The notes under the pieces were generated by a model. It was given only the letters and a program-made list of their open reading frames with translations, searched no databases and was not told the origin of the DNA. A stretch of DNA of 64,000 bases from Octopus sinensis (Eukaryota), in assembly GCF_006345805.1 (NCBI RefSeq), contig NC_043022.1, forward strand, positions 21,948,001-22,012,000. The letters run 5' to 3'. The stretch's first letter is position 1; every line of letters begins with the position of its first letter. A program made the translations under genes and the position numbers. Positions 36,959 to 49,354 of the stretch are shown here, piece after piece.

Positions 36959-38385
36959 CTGTGGATGAAAGGTCACAGACACACTTCAGATAGTTGGTGA
37001 AATAATGTTGAATACAGACAGGCCTCTCTCCCTTTCTCTTTCATGTCATTGAGAAATGGAAAATGCAAATATTCAAATTTCATGTCACTAATAACCCCTC
37101 TCCTTCCACACAAATACTTATATTTACTTGTCCACTTACAAAGAAACGTCAGTTGTATATCCTACGTACATCCTGCAGAACACAGACTTTCCATCTTTAT
37201 TACAAAGAGTTAGTTCCCTTGCCTTGAGACTACTATTACCTTCTGAAAACATCACACTACATCACTGTCTATATACCAAGGGTGGGGGAAACTTTATAGA
37301 GTGGTGGGCAAAAATTTCCAAAGAAAAAGGTCCTCAGGCAGATCACAAGTTCTAACTCTCATATCTGTGTAAATCTTGTATATATCTATGTATAATTCGA
37401 TATACATTAATAAAGATAAGTTTAACACATTAAATTAACACGTAACATCTTCATTAATGTCACCACTGAATTTAGGAAGGTTTATATTACTTATGAGATA
37501 TTTATAAAAGGAAGGTTTATATTACTTATGAGATATTCTAAGAATACTTATGAGATATTCTATATTTTTCAGTTAATATAGTTGGGTCTCAAAGGGGTGG
37601 TACAAACCTAGTAATATGTGTTTTATAGTGAAAGCAAAATTTCCATTCAAATAGCAATTGCCGGACAATTTTCTGTTTGAGTCTAACTGTTTTAAGTCAT
37701 AGAAGAAATGTGACCTATGTCGAAAATAGGCATGGGAATATTGTATAAATTTTATAATTGAAAAATTTACATATTTTGTACATACGAGGCTATAGTAGAT
37801 GACACTTGACCAAGGTGTTACATAGTGGGACTGTACCCGGAACCATGCTGTTGGTAAGCAAGCTACTTATCACACAGCCACTCCTGTGCCTATACATATA
37901 TATATTTTGTTTTCATGAAAGCTGCATGGTAGCATCAATAACTACTTTGAAGGAATACTTCACACCTTTTCGGTAATGTTTCCACACTCAGAACATTTTG
38001 GAAGATTCTAGGATTTACAAAAATGTTTCATCTAGTAAACCACACCAGATTTTTAGGTGTTTTCACTCAATAAACACTCACAATGCCCGGTCTGGGGATC
38101 GAAACCGCGATCTTCCGACCGCGAGTCCACTGCCCTAACCACTGGGCCATTGCGCCTCCACATATATGTATATATATACTCTTTTACTTGTTTCAGTCAT
38201 TTGACTGCGGCCATGCTGGAGCACCGCCTTTAGTCGAGCAAATCAACCCTGGACCTTATTCTTTGTAAGCCCAGTACTTATTCTATTGGTCTCTTTTGCC
38301 GAACCGCTAAGTGATGGGGACGTAAACACACTAGCATCGGTTATCAAGCAATGCTAGGGGGAGAAACACAGACACACAAATGCAT

Positions 38386-38427
<42 letters not shown>

Positions 38428-38722
38428 TATACATACATATATACGACGGGCTTCTTTCAGTTTCCGTCTACCAAATCCACTCACAAGGCTTTGGTCGGCC
38501 CGAGGCTATAGCAGAAGACACTTGCCCAAGATGCCATGCAGTGGGATTGAACCCGGAACCATGTGGTTGGTTAGCAAGCTACTTACCACACAGCCACTCC
38601 TGCGCCTATATATATATATATGACAAGCTTCTTTCAGTTTCCATCTACTAAGTCATAAAAAAACAAAAATTTTCTTTAGACAAATGTTTTAAAATGTCAT
38701 AATATCAAGCAACATGAATTAC

Positions 38723-38842
38723 CTGGACATCCTTGAGTTCCTTTTCAAGACGCATTCGTTCAGCAGTTTCTTGCTCAAGCATTTCAGATGCATGGCTGGT
38801 GGTTGTTGCTTCCTCTGCGAGGTCAGCGTTTAATTCTGAGAG
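38723..38842 (-). CDS. MYO18A: Myosin-XVIII exon C, duplicate copy 2
   Basis: Identical to 39482..39601 including splice sites; offset 759 bp. Usage in mRNA unproven. Confidence 0.75.
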
Positions 38843-39035
38843 CTACAATAACAAAACAGCAACGTGTTTTTAGCAACAATAAAATCCATGCAATACTGGC
38901 CATAAAAGCACCATATATCTACAAGGTCTAATAGTTTTATCACTAAGATATAATACAGTAGCGAGTGTGTGTATAGGACATATATCGTAAGAGTTGACAG
39001 GAGTATGTGTATGTGTGTACATAAGCAAAACTTAC

Positions 39036-39125
39036 TCTGGAGTCAAGTCGGTCACAGTGTAACTTGTATTCGTTCTTCTCACGTTCAACTTTTTCAAATT
39101 TCACCTTCAGTTGTTCCAATTCAGC
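39036..39125 (-). CDS. MYO18A: Myosin-XVIII exon B, duplicate copy 2
   Basis: Identical to 39795..39884 including splice sites; offset 759 bp. Usage in mRNA unproven. Confidence 0.75.
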
Positions 39126-39169
39126 CTGAAATACAACAGAGATCTTGGGTCACACAAAGATATATATAT

Positions 39170-39200
<31 letters not shown>

Positions 39201-39481
39201 GACAAGCTTCTTTCAGTTTCCGTCTACCAATCCACTCACAAGGCTTTGGTCGGCCCGAGGCTATAGCAGAAGACACTTGCCAAAGATGCCATGCAGTGGG
39301 ACTGAACCCGGAACCATGTGGTTGGTTAGCAAGCTACTTACCACACAGCCACTCCTGCGCCTATATATATATATATATATGACAAGCTTCTTTCAGTTTC
39401 CATCTACTAAGTCATAAAAAAACAAAAATTTTCTTTAGACAAATGTTTTAAAATGTCATAATATCAAGCAACATGAATTAC

Positions 39482-39601
39482 CTGGACATCCTTGAGTTCC
39501 TTTTCAAGACGCATTCGTTCAGCAGTTTCTTGCTCAAGCATTTCAGATGCATGGCTGGTGGTTGTTGCTTCCTCTGCGAGGTCAGCGTTTAATTCTGAGA
39601 G
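39482..39601 (-). CDS. MYO18A: Myosin-XVIII coiled-coil exon C, copy 1 (40 aa)
   Basis: ttgtAG acceptor, CAG|GTAATT donor, 120 nt, phase 0-0; LSELNADLAEEATTTSHASEMLEQETAERMRLEKELKDVQ (cf. human [40 protein letters not shown]). Confidence 0.93.
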
Positions 39602-39794
39602 CTACAATAACAAAACAGCAACGTGTTTTTAGCAACAATAAAATCCATGCAATACTGGCCATAAAAGCACCATATATCTACAAGGTCTAATAGTTTTATC
39701 ACTAAGATATAATACAGTAGCGAGTGTGTGTATAGGACATATATCGTAAGAGTTGACAGGGGTATGTGTATGTGTGTACATAAGCAAAACTTAC

Positions 39795-39884
39795 TCTGGA
39801 GTCAAGTCGGTCACAGTGTAACTTGTATTCGTTCTTCTCACGTTCAACTTTTTCAAATTTCACCTTCAGTTGTTCCAATTCAGC
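39795..39884 (-). CDS. MYO18A: Myosin-XVIII coiled-coil exon B, copy 1 (30 aa)
   Basis: tttcAG acceptor, AGA|GTAAGT donor, 90 nt, phase 0-0; AELEQLKVKFEKVEREKNEYKLHCDRLDSR (cf. human [30 protein letters not shown]). Confidence 0.93.
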
Positions 39885-39948
39885 CTGAAATACAACAGAG
39901 ATCTTGGGTCACACAAAGATATATATATATATATATACATATATATAG

Positions 39949-40143
39949 TTAATCCAAACAAGAAAACACAAAAAAACACAACAACGTGAGGACGTGGAAC
40001 AAATATAGTATTATTGGATGCTCAGGAAAGAAGGAAGGTTTAACGTTTCGAGCGGAGCTCTTCGTCGGAAACATAGGAGAAGGAAAGCTCCCGAGAAGGG
40101 AAGACAGAGGAAAAAAAATCGCCAACGGTACACACGAGGTCAC
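39949..40143 (-). mobile_element. Penelope-like terminal-repeat fragment with hammerhead motif (family C)
   Basis: Motif at 40038-40072: GUUU-CCGACGA-A-GAGC-UCC-GCUC-GAAAC-GUU-AAAC. Confidence 0.75.
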
Positions 40144-40669
40144 ATATATATATATACAGAGAGAGAGAGAGAGAGATAATTAACACTGAAATGCAATAAA
40201 GATCTCGGTACAGACAGTCATATAAATATAACAATGACCAGAGACAGAAGATATATATTGTTTGAGAGAGAGAAACAATATTGCTCTCACATGAATGGGA
40301 TAGTGTTGCAGCTGTTGTTAAATGATAACATCCCAGATTCACATTAATATCCAGGATGTTCATATAACTGGGACAGCACTGCAGATACTAAATGTTAATC
40401 TGTGTAACAGTAACAGTAACAACTGTCCAAATATCTGGGGGCAATACTGCTGCTGCTGCTACTACAAGTACCAACATAAGATAACATCCTAAACTGGACA
40501 TCACTTAAGAACAAAGAAATACTTCCCCCATAATCAGTTGCTGATCTTGTACAAAGCTCAACAAGTAAGATCCAAATTGAAATGTTTCTCAAAAACATCC
40601 AGCAGACAAGGTTTTTGTCCCTAAATGTCTGATACCACTTTCATTCCATTTAGCTGGTCATCTTCAACT

Positions 40670-41092
40670 CAATAAGAATCACAGTCGAACCAATTCTACT
40701 ATATGGCTCAGAAACCTGGACATTATCAAAGAAGCTTGAGAGACGGTTGGATGGAACTCCTTATGAGAGCTCAAAATCTCTCGTGGAAGAGTCATCCAGC
40801 CAAAATGCAAATATATGGGAAACTACCACCTGTATCATCTCTTGTGAAAGGTAGAAGAGTCCAGTTTGCTGGACATTGTTGTAGAGCTGAAAACGAGGTA
40901 ATTTCTACTCTTCTTCCCTGGAAGCCATCTAATCATGATATCAGAGGGCGCACACTCTCCTACACTGATGTAATCTCCAGGGATCAGGCATCCAGCAACA
41001 GGATCTCCGTAATGCCATGATGGACCGTGAAGTCTGGCGTAACATAGTAAATTCCATTGTCTTGACCACGGTCGAACAATGATGATGATGAT
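40670..41092 (+). mobile_element. RTE/RTEX-like LINE 3' fragment with (TGA)n tail
   Basis: VEPILLYGSETWTL...RRVQFAGHC...MMDREVWRNIV. Confidence 0.85.
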
Positions 41093-42419
41093 GAAGCACA
41101 TTCCAGATTCATTTTCCACTGTCCTAAGCACATTCCAGATGCATTTCCACTGTCCGAAGCACATTCCAGATGCATTTTCCACTGTCCGAAGCACATTCCA
41201 GATGGATTTTCCACTGTTCGAAGCACATTCCAGATGGATTTTCCACTGTCCGAAGCACATTCCAGACACATTTTCCACTGTCCGAAGCACATTCAGATGC
41301 ATTTTCCACTGTCCGAAGCACATTCCAGATGCATTTTCCACTGCCCGAAGCACATTCCAGATGCATTTTCCACTATCCGAAGCCCATTCAAGATGCATTT
41401 TCCACTGTCTGAAGCACATTCCAGATGCATTTTCTGCTGTCTGAAGCACATTCCAGATGCATTTTCCACTGTCCAGATGCATTTTCCACTGTCTGGAGCA
41501 CATTCCAGATGCATTTTCCATTGTCCGAGGCACATTCCAGATGCATTTTCTACTGTCCGAAGCACATTCCAGATGCATTTTCTACTGTTCGAAGCACATT
41601 CCAGATGCATTTTCCACTGTCTGAAGCCCATTCAAGATGCATTTTCCACTGTCTGAAGCACATTCCAGATGCATTTTCTGCTGTCTGAAGCACATTCCAG
41701 ATGCATTTTCTGCTGTCTGAAGCACATTCCAGATGCATTTTCCACTGTCCAGATTTTCCACTGTCCGAAGCACATTCCAGATGCATTTTCCATTGTCCGA
41801 GGCACATTCCAGATGCATTTTCTACTATCCGAAGCACATTCCAGATGCATTTTCTACTGTTCGAAGCACATTCCAGATGCATTTTCCACTGTCTGAAGCC
41901 CATTCAAGATGCATTTTCCACTGTCTGAAGCACATTCCAGATGCATTTTCTGCTGTCTGAAGCACATTCCAGATGCATTTTCCACTGTCCGAAGCACATT
42001 CAAGATGCATTTTCCACTGTCCGAAGCACATTCCAGACGCATTTTCCATTGTCCGAGGCACATTCCAGATGCATTTTCTACTGTCCGAAGCACATTCCAG
42101 ATGCATTTTCCACTGTCCAAAGCCCATTCAAGATGCATTTTCCACTGTCTGAAGCACATTCCAGATGCATTTTCTGCTGTCTGAAGCACATTCCAGATGC
42201 ATTTTCCACTGTCCGAAGCACAATCAAGATGCATTTTCCACTGTCCGAAGCACATTCCAGATGCATTTTCCATTGTCCGAGGCACATTCCAGATGCATTT
42301 TCTACTGTCCGAAGCACATTCCAGATGCATTTTCCATTGTCCGAGGCACATTCCAGATGCATTTTCTACTGTTCGAAGCACATTCCAGATGCATTTTCCA
42401 CTGTCCAAAGCACATTCCA
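41093..42419. repeat. 32-bp minisatellite (~41 monomers) with higher-order structure
   Basis: Unit GATGCATTTTCCACTGTCCGAAGCACATTCCA; variant CCCATTCAAG recurs at 41383, 41627, 41899 and 42123. Confidence 0.98.
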
Positions 42420-42424
42420 CAGTT

Positions 42425-42940
42425 CACTGATTTTTTTCCTTCACCACTTCTACATTTGCAAATTCTGTAGCATCAGCTTTTGTTACTAGTGATGACCTCC
42501 GAAAAAAAGGTCTGGATCAACTTCCAACTGTTCTTTCAGTTCAGGACATATATTCAGTTGTGATTGCTTTTGATCTTCTGTGAGCAAGCAAGACACAAAT
42601 TTTGCTGCAACTTTTTCATTTGCAATTCCTTGCTCAAAATTGGCAGGAGCTCCAGGACACATCAGTCATAGCAACAAGTTCTTTTATTGTTTGACGACGG
42701 TCTTTCAAGATCAGGTCATGAATTTTCATGATGTTTTCATTTATTCAGGAGGTCAACAGTTGCCCTGAATGAGGTTGGTACTCAAGTGATAAGTGACCAT
42801 TCCTAAAGCATGAAAACCACTCATAAACTTGTGTTTTGCTCATGGCAGAGGCCTTGTAAGCTATTTGCCGTTTTGGTCACTGTTTTGACCACTAGAAAAC
42901 ATAATTTTACAGAAGCACACTGTTCCTTCATGACAAATGG
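42425..42940 (-). mobile_element. Degenerate mariner transposase, N-terminal to central region
   Basis: AMSKTQVYEWF, IHDLILKDRRQTIKEL, KKVAAKFV, DPDLFSEVIT, with stops and frameshifts. Confidence 0.75.
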
Positions 42941-42993
42941 CATGGGTGCTTTATTATGTGGCACCGGCAGTGATGCCTTTTACATATACCCAC

Positions 42994-43030
<37 letters not shown>

Positions 43031-43153
43031 AAACATATATCTATATTAAACATACTGCATGTATATAACAAAAATTAGATAGAAAGACAGACAGACAAAG
43101 ATAGATAGATAGATAGATAGATAGGTACAATAACTAAAGTTTAAAGAACTGAC

Positions 43154-43297
43154 CTCTTTGTTTTTTAGTTCCTCCTCAGTTTTGTGGACATTAAGTAGAG
43201 GTTTGACCCGGACATACAATCGCCACCATGGCCAGTCTCGGATAAGCATGAATTTTCTCACATTCTTCTGTATACAGCTAATGGCTGTCTGTTGTAG
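43154..43297 (-). CDS. MYO18A: Myosin-XVIII exon, post-IQ neck / start of coiled coil (48 aa)
   Basis: ttcCAG acceptor, GAG|GTCAGT donor, phase 0-0. LQQTAISCIQKNVRKFMLIRDWPWWRLYVRVKPLLNVHKTEEELKNKE contains the myosin WPWW..L...V.PLL motif and matches the class XVIII segment I recall (human [35 protein letters not shown]). Confidence 0.96.
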
Positions 43298-43509
43298 CTG
43301 GAATGAACAAAAACAAACAAACATAAACAAAACGTCCTTCAAATTACAACACGAGATTTACGTTCTTAACTGAAGAAAACAATAGCTCAAAATCACTGTG
43401 TGTGTGTGTACACATATAGATATAGCATAGTTACCATGGATACAGTACGAGCATTACCAGAGAAATATATACTATAATGAAAATGTGTGTGTGTGTGTGT
43501 ACACACACA

Positions 43510-44000
43510 CAAGGTGTATTTCAAAAGTTTTGAGAGTTTTTCAAAAGGGACATTTATTAATTTCAAAGTACAAAACTCTAATCTCTTTCAAGGCAGGATT
43601 CTCTCCAATGCATTTGTGGTAGCACTCCAGCCACTTCATGAAGGCCCCAAAGAAGTTTTCGAAAATGAAGGTGTCCAGAACCCTTGTCATTCTCAGTGTC
43701 TTCCAAATGACTGCCCTTAAGGTTTTCCTTCAGACTGAGGACAGTAGGGAGGGTGAGGGGCAATGTTGGTTCCCATCTCTGTCAAGTAGTTGGTTACCAA
43801 GATGGAATTGTGGACTAGTGCATTATCCTGGTGCAGAGACCCTAGATTTTTTGGATGAAATTTCTTCTCGAACTCCCTCAAGACCTCCACAAAAAACACT
43901 TTGCTGACTGTCTGGCCAGAGGGAACCCAGAGTTTATAGATGATGTTCTTGAACTTGCTTTGCCTGGCTTCTTGTGCCAGTGAAAAACAGATGCTCAGCT
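43510..44000 (-). mobile_element. Degenerate mariner transposase, C-terminal half and 3' end
   Basis: VPSGQTV..., LHQDNALVH, APHPPYC(S)P, LKENLKG motifs. Confidence 0.8.
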
Positions 44001-44928
44001 CATACAATTTAATTTCATAAGGGGCTTTTCATAAGTTTCTGTAGCATTGTTACCCAATTTAACACTGAATCTTATTGCAGTGAAAAACTTAAACCTTGTG
44101 TATGATACGCACCCCTTCTCTAACTTGAGTCAAGGAGGTCTATATAAAGTCCTTGGTTTGTAAAAATGTATATGGTAACGTCCTTTATTATTATTATTAT
44201 TATATATATAACATAATGCAAACATGTAGCTTTTTTGTACATTTTGTTTGCAGAAAATGAAGAAATAACAGTAATAACGTTTAATTTGCTTACTGCAAGT
44301 TATGGATGATTCTTTTATGACTTCATTGGTTTCAGGCTTAGCTTAAGATATTTTTGCGCCCGACATTACAAAAATGCGTCTGAATAAACATTGCCGGACA
44401 GCAAACAGAGACTCGGACATTGCTTAGAAAATAATTTTCATTTTTAACCTTGTATATAGTATGCACTAGGGATTTTGACCTTTAAATTTTGGGGGAAAAA
44501 TGCGGATTATACTCATATGGTATGCATATGCAGTAAAGGAAGAGAGTAAAGATGAAGATAAATAAACAGCAATAATAACAACAACTCTAACACAAGCAGC
44601 AAAAAAAAAAACACCACCACCACTATTACCAATACCAACAGCAATAACAAAAACATCACCCACACCAACGTGGTTGAAACCACCAAACTAATACGCTGCC
44701 ACCATCACCACTCTATAATTATAGAGGGTTCTAGAAATAAAACCTACAATTTAGCCATCCTGACCTCAACCTATGGTGATGCTTGTTGAATATACCAACA
44801 GTTAAGGGAAATGATTAATGGTGTATGTGGCCACCCCTGCCACCACCCCCCAATACAGATAATGATTTGGGTCATTATAAAGAAACTTCTGGAAGGAAAT
44901 GTAATCTTAGTAACATCTTCATTCAGTA

Positions 44929-45202
<274 letters not shown>

Positions 45203-45363
45203 AAGAACACAAGCGGAGTTTTAAAATTCATAACAGCTGTTTCAGCAGCATTTTTAATGATGAACATTTTGATTGCATCATGACAAGAATTCAATCCACC
45301 ACCATCAGGTGATTTTACACAACCTACTCACTGAAATACCTAGATTCTAATAAACCCTACAAC

Positions 45364-45364
<1 letters not shown>

Positions 45365-45398
<34 letters not shown>

Positions 45399-45406
45399 AC
45401 ACACAC

Positions 45407-45461
<55 letters not shown>

Positions 45462-45817
45462 CATACATATATATATATATATATACATACATACATATAT
45501 ATATATACACATACATACATACATATATATATATACACATACATACATACATATATATATATACACATACATACATACATATATATATATACACATACAT
45601 ACATACATATATATATATATACACACATACATACATACATATATATATACACATACATACATACATATATATATATACACATACATACATACATATATAT
45701 ATATACACATACATACATACATATATATATATACACATACATACATACATATATATATATACACATACATACATATATATATATACACATACATACATAT
45801 ATATATATACACATACA

Positions 45818-45864
<47 letters not shown>

Positions 45865-45987
45865 CATACATACATATATATATATATATATCACATACAT
45901 ACATATATATAATATATACACATACATACATACATAATATATATATATATACACATACATACATACAATATATATATATATATACAC

Positions 45988-46018
<31 letters not shown>

Positions 46019-46119
46019 CACATACTACATACATATATATATATATATATATACACATACATACATACATATATATATATATATACACATACATACATAC
46101 ATATATATTATATATATAT

Positions 46120-46154
<35 letters not shown>

Positions 46155-46256
46155 CACATACATAATATATATATTATATATACACATACATATATATATA
46201 TATATATACACATACATATATATATATATTACACATACATATATATATATATATAT

Positions 46257-46287
<31 letters not shown>

Positions 46288-46429
46288 CACGTACATATAT
46301 ATATATATACACGTACATATATATATATATATACACGTACATATATATATATACACATACATATATATATATATATACACATACATATATATATATATAT
46401 ATACACATACATATATATATATATATATA

Positions 46430-46466
<37 letters not shown>

Positions 46467-46759
46467 CATATATATATATATATATATAACATACATATAA
46501 TATATATAACACATACATATATATATATATACACATACATATATATATATATACACATACATATATATATATATAACACATACATTATATATATATACAC
46601 ATACATATATATATATATATATATACACATACATATATATATATATATTATACACATACATAGATATATATATATATACACATACATATATATATATATA
46701 TACACATACATATATATATATATACCATACATATATATATATATATATATATAATATAC

Positions 46760-46791
<32 letters not shown>

Positions 46792-46954
46792 ATATATACA
46801 TAGATACATATATATATACATACATACATATATATACATACATACATATATATACATACATACATATATACATACATACACATACATACATACACATACA
46901 TACATACATATACATACATACATACATACATACATACACACATATATATATACA
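45365..46954. repeat. ~1.6-kb compound (TA)n/(TACA)n microsatellite
   Basis: Directly visible. Confidence 0.98.
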
Positions 46955-48200
46955 CAGGGTGGGGAAGCAAAAACTTGGAATATTTTGGAAGCCTTATTTT
47001 TCATATATTCCTGAGTGTAGTAAATACTAAAATATGGTTTTCTATTTCAAGGTGGAGGTATATAGAGTTAATTGAAGCAGAAGTTCCAGTCAAACAATCT
47101 AACATGTCCAATTAAGAAGCCAAGAGACAACGCACTGCAGATTTGCTTCATGCCAGGGTTGCAATTAGACATCTTGCTCAGACTGTTGGAGCCGCTGTGA
47201 GAACTGTTTAGAAATGTTAAGAACCAAATGATGGATACTGGAAGCATCAAGAGAAAGTAAGGAAATGGAGACAAATAAAAACAAAGAGAATGCATTTCTT
47301 AACCCTTTAGTATTCAGATTATTCTGTCAAATGTAATGCTTATGTAATCAAATTGTTTTGAATTAATCATGCAAAGACATTGTACTATTGAAATTTTGAA
47401 GATGTGATTGCTTATTCTTAGAATGACATTGTAGGATAAGTGTGCAAAGCCAGATCTGGCCAGTTTGAACATAGAACAAGTAGACTATTTTGGCCGGATA
47501 TGGACGGTTTAAATGCTAAAGGGTTAAATCTCTCAAAGCCAAAATTTCGAAAGATCCAACAACATCCATGAGAAAACTGTCTATGGACATGAAAGTTGAT
47601 CCAAAGACCATCAGAAATGCTGTACACACTGATTTACATTTGGGGTCATATGTGAGGACCCCAAGACACCTATTGACTCATGCAATGAAAGCCAGAAAAG
47701 TGTTGTGAGACCTGAAGCACAATAGACAAACTGACAAAATCTTTTCAGATGAAAATATCTTTACCGTTGATGCTGTTTTAAAACATTGCAATGATGCCTC
47801 TTTATTTGTTCAAGTCTGGGGAAAAAGTGGGGGCTGATGTTTATCATAAAGTCCTGCGGTATAAGGTTTTGCCTTGGATGAAATCTAACAACTCCAACAG
47901 TAATTATGTGTGGACCCAAGATGGTTCTCCTGCTCATACGGTGAAGAAAGTGGAGAAATCCTGTAAAGACAACTTTGCCGATTTTGGCCTGCTACTTCTA
48001 GCTTTCTTCCAGTCCAGACTCGAACTCCCTGGACTATGCTGTATAGGGTAAATTGGAGCACTCTATCAACAGAACTTTGCATCCAAGTTTTGTTCATTTT
48101 AAGCAAATCCTGAGGGAAGAGTGGGACAACATATCTGAGTACTTCATCATGAAGAGATGTGACACCTTCAGTGCCAAACATAGGATAGGCTAAAATGCAG
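46955..48200 (+). mobile_element. Tc1/mariner DD37D(maT)-like transposon relic
   Basis: 5' CAGGGTGGGG terminus; KRQRTADLLHA, DPTTSMRKL, IFSDENIFTVD, WTQDGSPAHT, SSPDSNSLDY remnants. Confidence 0.85.
47303..47523. mobile_element. piggyBac-like MITE (221 bp) nested in the DD37D relic
   Basis: TTAA at 47299-47302 and 47524-47527; CCCTTTAG / CTAAAGGG termini; related 3' part at ~51310-51443. Confidence 0.88.
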
Positions 48201-48421
48201 AATATGAGCCAAATAATTGACAACAATAAGCTGAAAACAGAGGTGCATGACTGCATAGTGTTTCTAATACTGTTATGTAGTTATTTTGAGATTTTGCTGA
48301 TATGTGTGTATGTCCTACAAAGCTTTACAAAACTTGTTTTCTGCTTATTAATTACATACTCAATGAATACTATACCAGTGAATGTGTTTTACTGGCAAAC
48401 TACCATATGATTTATTAAATA

Positions 48422-48457
<36 letters not shown>

Positions 48458-49354
48458 CATACTCTTTTACTTGTTTCAGTCATTTGACTGCGGCCATGCT
48501 GGAGCACCGCCTTTAATCGAGCAAATCGACCCCGGGACTTATTCTTTGGAAGCCTAGTACTTATTCTATCGGTCTCTTTTGCCGAACCGCTAAGTGATGG
48601 GGACGTAAACACGGTTGTCAAGCAATGCTAGAGGGACAAACACAGACACAAACACACACACACACATATATATATATATACATATATATGACAGGCTTCA
48701 TTCAGTTTCCGTCTACCAAATCCACTCACAAGGCATTGGTCGGCCCGGGGCTATAGCAAAAGATACTTGCCCAAGATGCCACGCAGTGGGACTGAACCTG
48801 GAACCATGTAGCCACTCCTGCGCATATATATACATATATATACTGGTGCAGGCGTGGCTGTGTGGTAAGAAGCTTGCTTCCCAAACACATGCTTCCGGGT
48901 TCAGTCCCACTTGGACAAGCGCCTTTTACTCTAGCCTGAGGCAACCAAAGACTTGTGAGTGGATTTGGCAGATGGAAATTGAAAGAAGCCTGTCGTATAT
49001 CACATATATATATATATGTATGTTTATGTGTGAGTCTTTATGTCTGTGTTTGTCATCCCCACCATCGTTTGACAACTGATGTTGATGTGTTTGCGTCCCC
49101 ATAACTTAGCAGTTTGGCAAAAGAGATTTATAGAATCAGGCTTACAAAGAATAAATGGCAGTGCTCCAGCATGGCCACAGTCAAAATGAGAGAAACAAGT
49201 AAAAGAATAAAAGAGCTCGACTAAAGGTGGTGCTCCAGCATGACCGCAGTCAAATGACCGAAACAAGTAAAAGAGTAAAAGAGAGACATATAAATAAAAT
49301 TATACATGTATTTTATATAAACATACATATATATACTTTCAAGGTTTAGTTTTC

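Noticed and set aside
38082-38160. tRNA-Arg(TCG) gene
   Set aside because: No pairing acceptor stem; it continues as the head shared with S3 SINEs at 49879 and 57899.
40835-42489. Repeat-protein gene (WKMHLECASDSGKCIWNV...)
   Set aside because: A 32-bp period gives the same peptides in all frames on both strands, with frequent frame breaks.
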